A stretch of DNA of 57,861 nt, counting the filler, from Basidioascus undulatus (lineage: Eukaryota), in the NCBI GenBank assembly GCA_000826855.1. It is 5 parts of 5 records of this genome, joined end to end, with 100 filler letters (N's around TTAATTAATTAA, not from the genome) between each part and the next. Parts side by side here need not be neighbours in the genome. Positions count along the whole stretch, not along the records: positions 1 to 27,857 come from JTLS01000156.1; positions 27,958 to 35,386 come from JTLS01001560.1; 3 more parts are not named here. One strand, written 5' to 3'. Of the stretch, positions 23,072 through 35,486 are shown in pieces (within the stretch, counting starts at the first letter, position 1; the number at the start of each line of letters is the position of its first letter). The translations under genes were made by a program, and so were the position numbers. The notes under the pieces are model-generated. The model had not been told where the DNA came from, did no database searches, and saw nothing but the letters and a program-made list of their open reading frames with translations.

Positions 23072-24043
23072 CTATGCTTGGTCAAATTTGATCGACCCGA
23101 ATAAATTGACTGTGGAAAGTTCAATTGACCAGCATAGCGGAATATACATACTTAAGTCAATCTTTGTCAAACGCAGCGGTGGTCTGGCTGGAGAACACAT
23201 AGTCAAATGAGCATGTCTATCAGCCAATGTCTGGTCAACACTTGGTCAAACCACTGACTCAAGCTGGGGTTTGTAGTCGATTTAGCCAAACAACAGAATG
23301 ATGTCCAAAAGAAAAGCCCGCATCATGCTTTTCAATTTTGCAAGGGATCAGGGCCACCTCAATCGTCTTTCAGATGTACTCGTCACTATGCTGAAGGCTT
23401 TCCACACACCTGGATTGCCCGTGCAGTTATCGTAATTTGAACCTGCACTACTCACTTGATTAAACTTCACGAGACAGACTTACTACCCACTTACTCAAGT
23501 AAACCTGCTGGCCACATGACAGTTGTACAATCCACTTCAGCACATTTGGGGACACTGTGATGATGAAACCTTCCAAGGTAAAGCTAAAATGTTGTTTGGT
23601 AGCATACAGTGAGAGTATTCACAAGGTTACCAACACAAGTAGTGAGTGGCATGCTTCATTATGGGATTCCTATCACCAATCACTCTTTTGCGAGAGCCAC
23701 TTCCTTGCTGTTCTGTGCTTTGGAAGTCAGAGAAACTGATAGCAAGACATGCCTTTTCTCTATTCCATGTTGTGGATGATACCAAAGTTTCATCTAAGTG
23801 CAGGGGAGTTGAGGAGGAATGACACCTTGAAGGCATTAGGGGAAGCTGCTTTTCCTTGTAATCAGGTCTTGCTACAAACACAAAACATCAAGCCTGACTA
23901 ATCATATTGGAATAAATACATAAGAGTTAGTCAGCATCCTATTTGATTGATGCAGTCAGAATATAAGTGGGAGACTGCACACCGTCCTGTCAGCCACGCC
24001 CAGCTTGATGTGTCCGCGCACATGGATCTTTTTGCCTTTCGTG
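23050..24043. mobile_element. Degenerate ~1-kb non-autonomous DNA transposon with ~19-bp imperfect TIRs
   Basis: Left end CATGAAAGGCAGAATCATC versus reverse complement of right end CACGAAAGGCAAAAAGATC (15/19). Eight GTCAA/TTGAC motifs in 23078-23250; AT-rich, CpG-poor interior; no intact ORF; no perfect TSD. Confidence 0.6.
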
Positions 24044-25022
24044 TTTCATGTTGACTATTTTGACTACTAGATCACTGATATGACTACATATTGAATACAA
24101 CTGGGTGTCCTCGGAAATATGAAACGGGCAAGCATCCTGCTGCCGGCAAGACCGAAATAGGGAGCAGCCTGCATACCACGCTGGATCCTATTGTACCCAG
24201 ATGAAGAACGCCATGAGCAGGATGAGCGATCGAAATCGATGCATGTCTGCCCTGGCACCGAGAATGGTCGTCTCGAAGCGTGCTGTGCACAAGTTGAAGC
24301 AAGACGCGGGGGGGAGAAACGGAGCGGCGCGAGTTCGACGGGTAGGCAAGTGCTGTGATGAACCCATGGACCAAAGGACGACGGGGTGCGCAATTCGTTG
24401 TGACGTCTGTCTGCGAGACAAGGCCTAGCTAGGAAGGGGGATTAGATGTCGCGGTGAGGGAGGTGCGCTGCACGGGGTGGGTTTCGTCGATAGGTGGAAG
24501 ACAAGCGCACAGGACCACGATGCGAAGCGCACGGCGTCAAGGCTCTATTAAAGGATGGCCGCGGAAGACAAGGATGACGTCGAAAGCGGGGAAAGGCGCG
24601 TTGTGGCGAGACCAATGGTGGTCATTTTCGTCTCATGGCGCGCGGGGCGAGGCTTGATGTGCGTCGCATCGAGGGGCGTGGAAATTGAACGCGTGCGGCG
24701 GTGAACGTGCGAGCCGAAAGTTTGAGATGAAGACCGATAGCTTGCGGGTCAGCGATCAGCGTTGCGAAGTGCGAGGCGCGATATGCGAACGCGAAGGGTA
24801 CCGGCGTGGATGGGGTGCGAAAGACTGGGAGCGCGAGGGATGGAGTTGAGAATCCCGAGGTGAGTTCGGAAACGAAAGAGGGGTATTATGAGCGTTATAG
24901 CGGCGTGAAGGGATTCGATCTTGTGGGTTGAGACAAGCGGCCACGGACGAGTGTTAAATCGCGAAATGCGTAGTACCTCCAGAGCATCTTCCCCCCCATC
25001 CAGCCTCGCCGACGTCCGCCCC

Positions 25023-25906
25023 TCAAACACCCGTCGGCCTCGCAGGCAGCCCCGCCGAAGGGGGCGGCTTGGGGAGCGTCCCTGAACCCGACCCTGAGCC
25101 TGATGGGGATTCGGATGTGGAAGGTGAGAAGGAGGCGGATGAGGAGGACTTCGACATGCTCGCGAGCTTCGCTTCGAGGGCGGCTATCTTCGCGTCGGTC
25201 CTGTGAGGTAATCCAGGCGCGTCAGACGTGGGAGATGAAGGGAGACAGTAAGATGGTGAGGATGGAAAATGGGAGGGGACGCACGTCTCCGGCTTCCGCT
25301 GATTCTTCAGCAGCGAGAGAGTCGTCGGGCGCGGTGGCTCGGCGCGTGCTCGGCGTGCGCCGTGCGAAGGGCCGGGAAAGTCGGGGTTGGTTGGAGCCTA
25401 CGGAGGCGGAGGTATGTGTGAGGAGGTATGGGAGGGAAGTAGTAGGTGGAAGGTGGAATCCAAAGCAAAGAGAAGACGCACGACATTGGCATGCGTTACG
25501 ATGAGCTTCCTCCCGCGCAGCAGCTTATCGTGCGTGGCCACAAGTGCGCGGAGGGCTTCCTTCAGCCACCCGGTGGAGGGAGAACAAGAGCGACAGGGAC
25601 GGTGTCAGTCCCCCTGCTCCCCCAACCGCAAAGTAGGCGAAAGAGACGCACGTCCTTGCTGCCAAACTCCACGAATGCGTACCCCTTCGGCTTGCCCTTG
25701 TTCGGCCCCGCCTTGTGAAAGATGTATTCGAGACGCACGATCTTGCCGTACTTGGAGTACAGCTGCACGAGCGCGTACTCGTCGACCGAGTGATGCAGGT
25801 TCCCCACGTAGAGGCGCGAGGTGTGCTTCTCCGGCGCGGCGGCGGCGGCGGAGGACGAGGAGGAGAAAGATGGGCCGGGTCGGGAGAGAGGATTGATGGA
25901 GGACAT
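25023..25906 (-). CDS. RRM RNA-binding protein, RBM18-like
   Basis: RNP2 RLYVGNL, FHKAGPNKGKPKGYAFVEF (RNP1), LLRGRKLIVTHA, and C-terminal PTTLSLLK...TDAKIAALEAKLASM; three introns. Confidence 0.85.
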
Positions 25907-27857
25907 GCGGAGTTCCGGAGGCGGCGTGCTGCTGGTGTACTTGGGAACCGTGTTGTAGTATGTCCGGTGAAGAATCGGAAGCAGCGGCGAGTTGACGAGC
26001 GTGCGACTGGAGATGATGGGAGTGCGAAGGCAAGATTCCGCCACCGCCTCAGGCCCCCTGCCTCCAGAGGGTCGTCTTCTTTGGACCCCATCGCATCATC
26101 GTCTCGCCCTTGCTTCGATTTGTTCATCGTCCATGGCTCATCGAGCCTACAACTGCTATTTTGATCCACCACGCTCATACCGCGCGTATTCGAAGGCGGC
26201 CCTCTGGCTACTCCCTTCTCGGTTCGAGCTTCCGTTGTCTTGTCTGCGATCCACGCACTTTACGTCGATACCGTCCGCAACGACATTCTAAGATACCTCT
26301 CGATGACCACGCCTTTCCCTGCTCTTCCCAGCGCGCTCTGCGCCAGCTGCCGTCTTCTCGAACCTCACATCGAGTCTCATCTCTCGTCATCTCTCCGAAG
26401 TCTGAGGAGAATCCCTGTTCACACTGCGGCTTCGCTTTCATGTCACTCTGGCATAATGGCTTGCTTTCTGCGCCTTGCGACGCTGCGTGCGCACGATGAA
26501 GAAACGGCACGCAGGCGAGCTGGACATCGAGTTGTATGGGCGGCTTAGCAGCCGCAGGCGCAAGCGGTGTCCACCGTGGAGAACGGTACGGAGGGGTTGA
26601 CGGCCATTTGTCTGATATCGGGATAAAAGACGAGCATGCGCTTTCCCGAGCGATCTGGCGACGAGGATGGCCTCGTCTGGCCCGTTCCACCGCGAGCCCC
26701 TGGGTCGCGTCGATCCTCACCCTCACGTTCGAGTTCCACAACTCTTCCTGGCACTCTGAAATTCTCTTCTGCGCCATCCCGCTCCTCGCCCAGCCGCAGG
26801 CCCGACGCTAAGGTTCCGGTTGGGCGAGCGCACGCTGGCTGCGCGGGATTCTGCGGCAGAGACGCCTCGGATGCCTCCCAAGAGCGCTGCATTCTACGCT
26901 GCGCTTGGGCAAGATAGATGCGCCGGAGTTGATCGATTTGCCGTCACTGCGGACTGGGTTCTTCAGGGCCATCCACAGGGACTCGCGCTCCCTTGGGAGG
27001 TTCGAAAGTACGTCGAGTCCATGGCGCCCTGAAGAGATGCTGAGTCGATGTATTTTGAGAGCACGCCGCGCTCGGACTGGATGTGTGAAGGCTGTACGGA
27101 GGACTTCTCTTTCGTTGGGGATTGAAATGGAAGCCTTTCGCTTATTTGACAAGTCCGGAATGACTGCACGGGCAGCGTACCGGTGCCTCAAGTAACGAGC
27201 ACCGGCGATAAAACATGTCGGCGATAACTTTTCACATGATCGCTATTCATTCCGTGATCCAAGGACCGTGCCGGAATGCAGATGATGGGAACGCATCGAG
27301 ATGCGGGGTGGTGGGGAACATCGAAATGCTGTACGCGGACGCTTTGAGAATCGGGAGAGAGGGAAGCTCGAGAACTTGAGTTTGGCGCGTTAGGGACGCG
27401 GGAGAATAGAGACATCGAAATGCGGGGAGCAGAGGGGCGTCGAGACGCAGAGGACACATGGATATGTGGGAGAGGAAAGCTTCGAAAAGCACATTGAGAA
27501 CGCTATGAGTAGCGGGACGAAGGAGCTTCGAAAAGCGAAAGACGGTTGAGGGACCCAAACCTGTGCAATGCGAGTGCAAGAATGCTGCGAAAGCCAGAGG
27601 AAGAACGGTGCGAAGAGGGGGGGGGGCAAGCTTCAAAAGCCACAGGGGACTGGAAGGTCTAAGGGAGAGAAAGCACGTACCGTGCCATAGCCAGCTGCGA
27701 CCCTCCAGACATCCGCCAGGACTGTGCACACATAAGGGAAGTCAGCCACAGCCACTATGAGGGGCTCGAAGAACGAGAGACGACGTACCCCACCCCCATC
27801 CGCCCTCTCCTCCGGTCCACGCACCAGTCACCCCACATCGTGAATCTACAACCCCAG

Positions 27858-27957
27858 NNNNNNNNNNNNNNNNNNNNNNNNNNNNNNNNNNNNNNNNNNN
27901 NTTAATTAATTAANNNNNNNNNNNNNNNNNNNNNNNNNNNNNNNNNNNNNNNNNNNN
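27858..27957. other. Assembly spacer (N-run + TTAATTAATTAA + N-run)
   Basis: Identical 100-nt six-frame-stop linker occurs four times in the window. Confidence 0.97.
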
Positions 27958-29108
27958 CGGTAGAGGCAGAGGCGGGAGAGGCGGCGGGCGCGGTGGTCGC
28001 CGAGGAGGTCGTGGCGGCTCTGCTGCTCCACCGCCGCCGGCGGCTGGCTAGGCTTCTCGCCGCTCTAGACGCAGGCTTGCGCACTCTTTCTTCGCGTCTG
28101 GCTTCGCGATGCGCGGCTCGACCATTCATCTCGCCCTCCCAGTCGTCGGTCGCTGCACCTCCTCGGTAGCTGCGATGTCGCTATGCCTCGGACGGGCGTC
28201 TCCTCCCGTCTCATTCCCTCTCTTTCGTACTGCATTTGTCTGAGAATGCAGAGCACAACACGCAATTGCGCGCATGCATTCATCTTTTGTCGCATTCATG
28301 CCCTGCCACACTTTCCTCGTGTTCAGACTGAGTGCTCTGCTGGAGACTGGAGTAAAGGCCGGTGCTATTTATTTTACAGGCCCAGATTCTCACAGTTTGA
28401 CACAGCAGGTTTCAGTCAGCATATTCCGAACCCTGTGGGTGGAAAACCTCTCCGGGAGTAACGTGTTTCTCTCCCGGAGGTTTTGCGCGCAGCGCTACCA
28501 CGCACTTTCACGGCCACACACTTTCACCCTCTCACCCATCATCAACTGCCAGCTTCCCCCCATTTTCTGGGCCTCTACGATGTCCTATCAGTTTTTTCAT
28601 GAGGTCTACCGTAGTGCATAAAGGTAGCATGCACGTTCTTCTATGAATTCGGTACCGACTTGCACACCAATCCCTGCTGCCACCGACGCCGCACTCCACG
28701 TTGCGGTAGAATTGCCTTCTCAGTCATGCTGCCGAGCAGGCAATTGGCGCATGTGTGTACTTTGAGTAAGCGTGTGATGTGTGTTGGTCGGCTGACGGTC
28801 CTGTTCGAATGCGTAGCTCGCCAAGGTCCTAAAAGCGCCATTGCTCGTCCCCAGGTCGGAGGATCCAGCCATCTTTCCCCCACATCTGGTTTTGAGAAGG
28901 AGACCTTGGAGGCGTTTCGAATTCGGCGTCGACTGCACGCGCCTTTGGGCAAAGCGAGCTATAGTGCAGCCAATGAAGACACTTCTGGTGTCATTCCACT
29001 TGAAAAAATGCCAGATAAGCGAGTGTTCGATACATTATGTCGCTGATGCTAATTGGGGTATACAAGAGTTTCGGGGGAATATCCAAGCACCACTTCCTTG
29101 AGATGGGC

Positions 29109-31348
29109 TCAAGTGATGATGAGCTGCTTCTTCTTCGCAAAGCCGTCGACGGCCTCCTTGCTGATGTTCAGGTTGGCGGCCACGACCTCATGAGGCGTGA
29201 GCGCAAGCCTGATTAGAAAGGGAGGTTTATTGTCAGGGTTCCCTGCGCCCCATCGCAAGGCTTCATAAAAGTAACGCAACGCACCATTGCGTGAGCGAAA
29301 TGTCCTGGTAAACAGCATCCTTGAAGACCTCGAGAACAACTAGGGGCTCATCGCCGATGTTCTGAATGTAGTGACCAAAGCTGTAGGGTAGGAAAGCGTG
29401 AGTATCAGGTGAAATCTATCCTCAGCTCAAGCAGCGTACTTGGTGGGCCAGACGGCACTGTGAGCAGGGATGGGAGTCAGTTTATTAGAATCCGGCATTA
29501 TGCAAGCGGCAGTGAATATCTTACGTGTCTCCCACAGTAAGATCGAAAGTCCGTGCTGCAGCTTGACCCGAGAAGGCGGTTACGCGAGCGTTGCCCGAGA
29601 CGACGTAGAACCACTCGTCTGGTCCGTGCCGGATGGTCAGTCGCCTGCGCATGTGCCTGTTGATTCCCAGCAGCTCACCCTTGTTCGGGTGCCAGCTAAG
29701 AAAGTGAGTTGAGTGAGCCTCATCCTCGAAAGTTCTCGTGTTTTTCAGCCGACGCACTGCAGCTCACGCAGAGCACCGGGGTTGATCGTGACTAAAGCGG
29801 CAGCGAAGTCGTCGGAGATAGGCTGTATTGTGAAAGAGTTGACCACCTGGGATCCTTCTAAACGATTTGTGCAGTGAGGCCAACGCACGAAGTTCTTGCT
29901 GTCGACGATCTTGACGGATCCTCCAGGAGCAGAAGTCGCCTCTGCAGTGCTGAGCGAGTAGAAGTAGGTGTTGGGAACTTCGCCTTCCGGCGACTCCACC
30001 TTCTCCTGATCGACGGAGCCGGGGGAAGAGCCAGGGAAGAGGTAAGGGTTAGGCGAAGGGACGTGGTCAAACACGGAGGTGTTGACGCCGAAGTTCTGGG
30101 CCAGAATTTCTGTTGGCCAGCGCAGTCTCCGTGAGATAGGATCCCTTGTCGTGCCATCAGCAACCGTCAACTTACCCTTGGGGGTGTGGGCCACCCAGTC
30201 ATCAAGCATGAAGGTGAAACTTGAGAGTAGCGCATCAGCCTTATGACTTTGGTACGCAGGCTGATCAACGAGCTCACCCGCGGGAGTCCTGGTCGCCGCC
30301 AGCGAAGAGAACGACGAACTCGAGACCCTCGTCACTGGCCTGAATGGAGTGTCCGATTCCCTGCGGGAAGTACCACACCTTTATGTACAAAAGAAAGAAA
30401 GTTAACCTGGAACTATCTCCTAGACCAGAGAGGAACGCTTACATCGCCGGTGTGGACATCGCTGATGAAGTTCTTGCCGCTGTTGGATGCGGTACTTATC
30501 CGTCAGTACACCTGAATTACCCCTGGAAACCCTGATGACTAACTCCTGGTCCACGGCCGAGATTTGACCGGAACCAGCGAGCACGTAGGCCCTGCAAGAT
30601 AGAGATCATGTCAGAGATTTCACCGTACGGCTGCGGTGCTGGCATGAAACGTACCACTCCGACACGCTGTGCCAGTGCCTATAATGACACAGACATGAGA
30701 AAATTCCCAGCAGGTTTAAACTATCAAGCTTAAGACTTACAGCTCTCGAATGGAACCAGGGTTGAGCCTGAGCTCCGCTGCACTGATGTCCTTCGAGGGC
30801 GGCAGGTCCGTAACCGTCTGCTCGCGGACCCAGCCGCCTTTGATGATGCGTGTATGCGAAAGAGAGAAAGGCTGAAAGAATTATCACAACAAAATTAAGT
30901 TCGGGTGGTCACAGCTCGGTGGTCATGCTCACATACCCATTTCAGGTTCTCGACAACTCCGGCGTCGGTCGGTGGCGGGGCGACGTTGTCGTGGTTCTGT
31001 CGGAGATGCCGCATCAGCGACGATTCCCAAGTCCTTTGAAATAGTCTCGCGACGCACCTGAAAGTCGATGGCAGTGTTAGAAGGGTGGAAGAACGTCCCG
31101 CCCTTCTCACCACGCTGGGGCTGCGGCTGCCCGTCCGGGAACCTCGCAACCTCCCCAAGGTCGGCGCGCTTGTGGTGCTGCGAAGGCTCGGCAGCAGTGC
31201 GGGTAAGGCGGACGTGCTGGCGCTCAATTTCAGGACGGCCTCCGCCAACGACGTCCTCCGGGGTCGGCACGCTGGAGAGCGGTTTGGCGGCTGCCGAGGA
31301 GAGTAGCGCAGGAAGGAGAGCGAGAGCGGTAGCTGCAGAGAAACGCAT
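29109..31348 (-). CDS. Secreted bicupin of the oxalate decarboxylase/oxidase family
   Basis: Signal peptide MRFSAATALALLPALLSSAAA; PTDAGVVENLKWPFSLSH, GGWVREQ, cupin-1 IRELHWHSVSEWAYV...WYFPQGIGHSIQ, cupin-2 LRELHWHPN..EW...FGHYIQN; ends QLIIT*. Confidence 0.93.
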
Positions 31349-32295
31349 GGCTGCGTCGTCGACGGGAACGATAGAGAGACACTGGATAAAGGGAGGGAAA
31401 TTAAATTGTCTGACTTTTATACTCCCGCTTTCAATAACTGCTGTGCTGAAAAGAGCACGCAACTTTCACAATGCATCGCAACAAGCACAACAACGTCGCA
31501 ACGCATGGTAGCCGATGGTGTTCTCGGCGTCTGTGATATGCACTAGCAGCCGATTGAGCTATTGGAAGGACCAAAATGTATGTACACCTCTTGCCAAGAA
31601 GCAATAGTGGAGGTTGGGGAGCTGTCGAGGTCGACAGCAAAAACGACGAGCAGGCTCCTCCAGGATGGGAGCAGGGGCGCTATGATGGCGTGCTTCTCGA
31701 AGGCTGAGCCCTGTGGGCGAGGACGATGGAATGCCGGCGGGCAGCAATGAATTAATTAGTTGTTCGGAATGGACCTTAGTCGACAGGGATAAATGTAGAA
31801 GCACTTGTTTATAAAGCACATATGTCCCGTAAGACAGAGACGAGGTGGAGCCTACAGACGGTTCAATGCAGCACCGGCAACTTCCGACACGGTCAGCGAT
31901 CGACGCCATGAGAGAAACCGCATGCGCGGAAGTAATGTCAATTCATCATATTTCGCTGGAAGTTCGTGCTACGTCCGGAATAAACAGCAGCGGTGGGTTG
32001 CTCAGGTTAGGTGCGCAAGGGTTCGCTGAACAGAGCGAGTCCCACCTTTCCGACATCGCGGCTCAGACTTGGGTCAGACGACTGGCGTTCAGGTCCTCGA
32101 AAACGATAAGAGTGGGGGATGTGTCCGCAAGAATAGCCAGCATGTCAAGAAGGGCGACAATACGCCGGTAGCGCTCGCAGTTTGGCGCCTGAAAAATGGT
32201 GAATGTTGTTACCGCAATGGGTATCGTAGGTATTCATGAAGAAAATTGTAGAATATGTAGGGTGTCTATCTATATTGGGGGTCTATGTAGGATGT

Positions 32296-33852
32296 CTAAA
32301 GTAAGAGTCGGGGCAACTGCGATGTCAGCTCAGGCGTGGCTGTGGCTCGCGTAGCTCTTGCGAGACCTGGTCCCCATTGAACGACAAGGGTGTCAGCACG
32401 CAAACTGGTCGCTTGGTGAACAACGTACGGGCGGTTGAAGGGGCTGTCGGTGCCCGAATAGATGAGTCCGTCGTAGACGGTCGCGCCGACGAGGCCACCG
32501 ATGATCGTCGTGAGCCAACCGTTCCACAGCCAGTAGTGGTACCGGAACGTCCAGACTATATCGAGAAAGAAGGCGCGGTTGGTGAGGAATGCTCGTGAAT
32601 GTGAGATGCAAGGATTCCGCACCTTCGGACCCGTAGCCGACGAGGGACGCCATGAGACGAGGACCGAAGTCGCGCGCTGGGTTGAGACCGTATGCGGTGT
32701 TGATGCCGCTGGAGACGGCAGTTACCGCAATCAGCGGTGCGAGAAGGAAAAGAAGATTCAATGGGTGAGACTCACAGAGCAGCCCCGATGCCGAGGATGA
32801 GGAAGAAGAGGGCGATGGGCGACGTGCCCTGCGCACAGTAAATTCGCGGACAAGGTAGGACAAGCGTCAGCGTCGCTTTTTATGCTTCATGGTTTATAAA
32901 TTGTGAGGCATACCTGAGGCGGAGCAAGGTTGTTCTTGTCCCCGAGCGCCATGACGACCGCTACGAGCACTGCCGTCCCGAGCAGCTCGCTGATGAAGCA
33001 GCTCGAGGCCGGGAGGAACGGCAGCGGCACGGTGAAGAAGAGGCCGCCGGTGGCGCGCTCACCGACAGTGGTGCGGATGCCGGTGCCCTCGTAGAGGTCG
33101 ATCGAGTAGCTGGAGGTGTTAAGTGTTCCGGTAGGTGAGGCGCCTTGGCTGGGGCTGAAGGATGGGGTGAAGACATACTGGTAGTTTGCGTAGATCACGA
33201 GGGCAGCCGTGAAGCAGCCCAGGACTTGAGCAATAATGTACCTGGAGGGAAGAGGTTATTCAGCTAGCGAAGCTGTCCATGAGCTAGGGAGAAGCGCACG
33301 AGGGCACACGCTTCCAAGGGAAGCCGCGGAAGACCGCGAGCGTGATGGTGACCGCCTTGAAGTAGCAAAACGTGTTCAGCGAACGGATACCTCCCAACAT
33401 AAGGGATAGAGACTCACCGGGTTAATGTGACCGCCGGAGACACCGCCTGACACCCACACGCCTGCCGCGACGCCGATGGCCCACGCGAAGTTGATGCTCA
33501 GCATGCCACTGCCGGCGCCGTGGAGGACGACCTGGCAGTCGACGCCGTTGCCAAAAATTATAAGGAAAAAGCATCCGAGGAACTCGCTGCATCAACCCGC
33601 ACATGCACGTCAATATCTCGCTCCCTTTTCCAGCAGGAGGGCACACCCCGCCCGCAGTACTCACGCAAGCTCCTCCTTATACGCGCGCCGGAACCGCGCC
33701 CAGCGGTTCGCGATGCCCGCGTCGGGATCATGCTTGAGCGTGTGCAGGTGCGTCTCCTCCTCGGGCGCGACGGCGCTCGCGGGGAGGAGGGGCGCGTCCT
33801 GCTCAGCCTGGACGTCGCGGCGGAGGAGGGGTGCTCGCTCGGAGGTGGACAT
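32296..33852 (-). CDS. Aquaglyceroporin (MIP family)
   Basis: EFLGCFFLIIFGNGVDCQVVL, SGGHINPAVT and TAYGLNPARDFGPR (NPA-RD signature of glycerol facilitators). Confidence 0.92.
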
Positions 33853-34462
33853 TGGTCTGGTCGTTCGTTAGGGTCGTGGTCGTTGATGGTGGTGGTCAAG
33901 CCGTGTCTGGCCGCCCGAGGCTCCTGATGCCGAGCATGCGCGGTTTTGGTTCGAACTTGGATAGGGACATGGCTGCTTCGGCTGCAAGACACGGTCCAAA
34001 TGAATAGGGAGCCCCGGATGTGTGACGCGTCGGAGTGATGCGAAACGCGAGCTGCGCGAGTTGCTTACGCACAAACAAAGGAAGCTTGAACGTTGGTGAA
34101 AAAAATTGTTCTCCAGTTCTATTCTACCAGACGAACAAAGGGTTTCTCTCAAGAAAGATGGTGGTATGGAAGGCCGAGGCATGAATGTTAACTGAGCGAC
34201 TAGGCAGTCTGATGCATCCGTGGCGACGGCAGCGACCAACTCCGTCACGGCCCGCGCCTGCAAACGAGATCAAGGCAGTTGAAGGTCCGTGAACATTTTC
34301 AGATTACGATAAGATGTCAGTTGTGACTACAGATCGTGATGCCCACAGGAGGCACTCCCAGCTCCAAAAAACTGGCAACGCAGATACCTATGCAGGCTCA
34401 AGGCATCGGGCGTGCCGGGCCTGGCGAGACGGCTGAGCTGCGAGCTGGACGATGCCTCTCTC

Positions 34463-34504
34463 GAGATTCGGGAACAGAGATTCGGGAACAGGGATTCGGG
34501 GACA
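34463..34504. repeat. 14-bp tandem repeat x3
   Basis: GAGATTCGGGAACA, GAGATTCGGGAACA, GGGATTCGGGGACA. Confidence 0.85.
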
Positions 34505-34855
34505 GGTTTGTGTTCTAGCGCTGTCACATCCAGCTTCAGAAGATGTCTACCGAGCGAGCGAAGAAATTCGAAACGTGGTTTGGGGATCGAGGAGAACCGA
34601 GCGCTGAGAAAGGCGCTATCGATGGGTTGTGATGTGCGCCGAACAGGAGCTCGGTAGGTCAGCGGTGAGTAGTAGAAAGAGAGCGATCGACCGAGAACGG
34701 AATGGTGTCCTTTGGGCGAGGGAAGGCCGGTGAGCTATTCCCTTAAAGCACCCCCGCGGGTCCAGTTCAAGTCGTAGGTCGTAGAGACTAAGATGTACTT
34801 CAACCCCAAACGCCTGCCGCAGTCTGGTAGTCCACCAACCTTCCCTGGGCTCCCA

Positions 34856-35386
34856 TCAAATGTCGAAGTCCGAGTCCTCATCGTCCACCTGTGGCCTACT
34901 CTTCCTCGTGAACTACCCACGCCCACACCCCATCCAGTCAGTCTCTTCTTGCCTCCCTCTCTCTCCGCGTCTTCGTGTCCACCAAAACGCACAGTGATCT
35001 TGCCCGACCCCGCCGAAGACGTGGCGTTCGCGACCTGGTCGAGGAGGCCGACAAGCTGCTCCTCGGAGACGCGCTGGCGGATCTGCCCGGCACGGGCCAT
35101 GCGGAGGAGCATGTCCTTGACGCGCTCAGCGTGCTCGGGGCGGACGAGAGAGATGCGGGATACTGGGCGGGGGGCAAGCGGTTCAGCATGTTGGGCCACG
35201 AGAGGGAGAGGGAGTATGGGGCGCACAGCGTTCCCGGCTGCACGGGATAGACAAGGAGCGGGGTTCAGCCTCTACGTGGGAAAGGGAGTAGAAAAAGGGA
35301 TGGGAATGGGACACACGCAGCAGGCTCCAAGATCCTTGCCAAATCCTGGCGCTTGCTCTCCTCTGCAGCCTGCGCCGCCGCGGCGT
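34856..35386 (-). CDS. PDCD5: PDCD5/Sdd2-like dsDNA-binding protein, 5' end lost in spacer
   Basis: LARILEPAARERLSRISLVRPEHAERVKDMLLRMARAGQIRQRVSEEQLVGLLDQV...KIT...DDEDSDFDI*; includes an 11-nt microexon. Confidence 0.88.
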
Positions 35387-35486
35387 NNNNNNNNNNNNNN
35401 NNNNNNNNNNNNNNNNNNNNNNNNNNNNNNTTAATTAATTAANNNNNNNNNNNNNNNNNNNNNNNNNNNNNNNNNNNNNNNNNNNN
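35387..35486. other. Assembly spacer
   Basis: N-TTAATTAATTAA-N linker. Confidence 0.97.
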
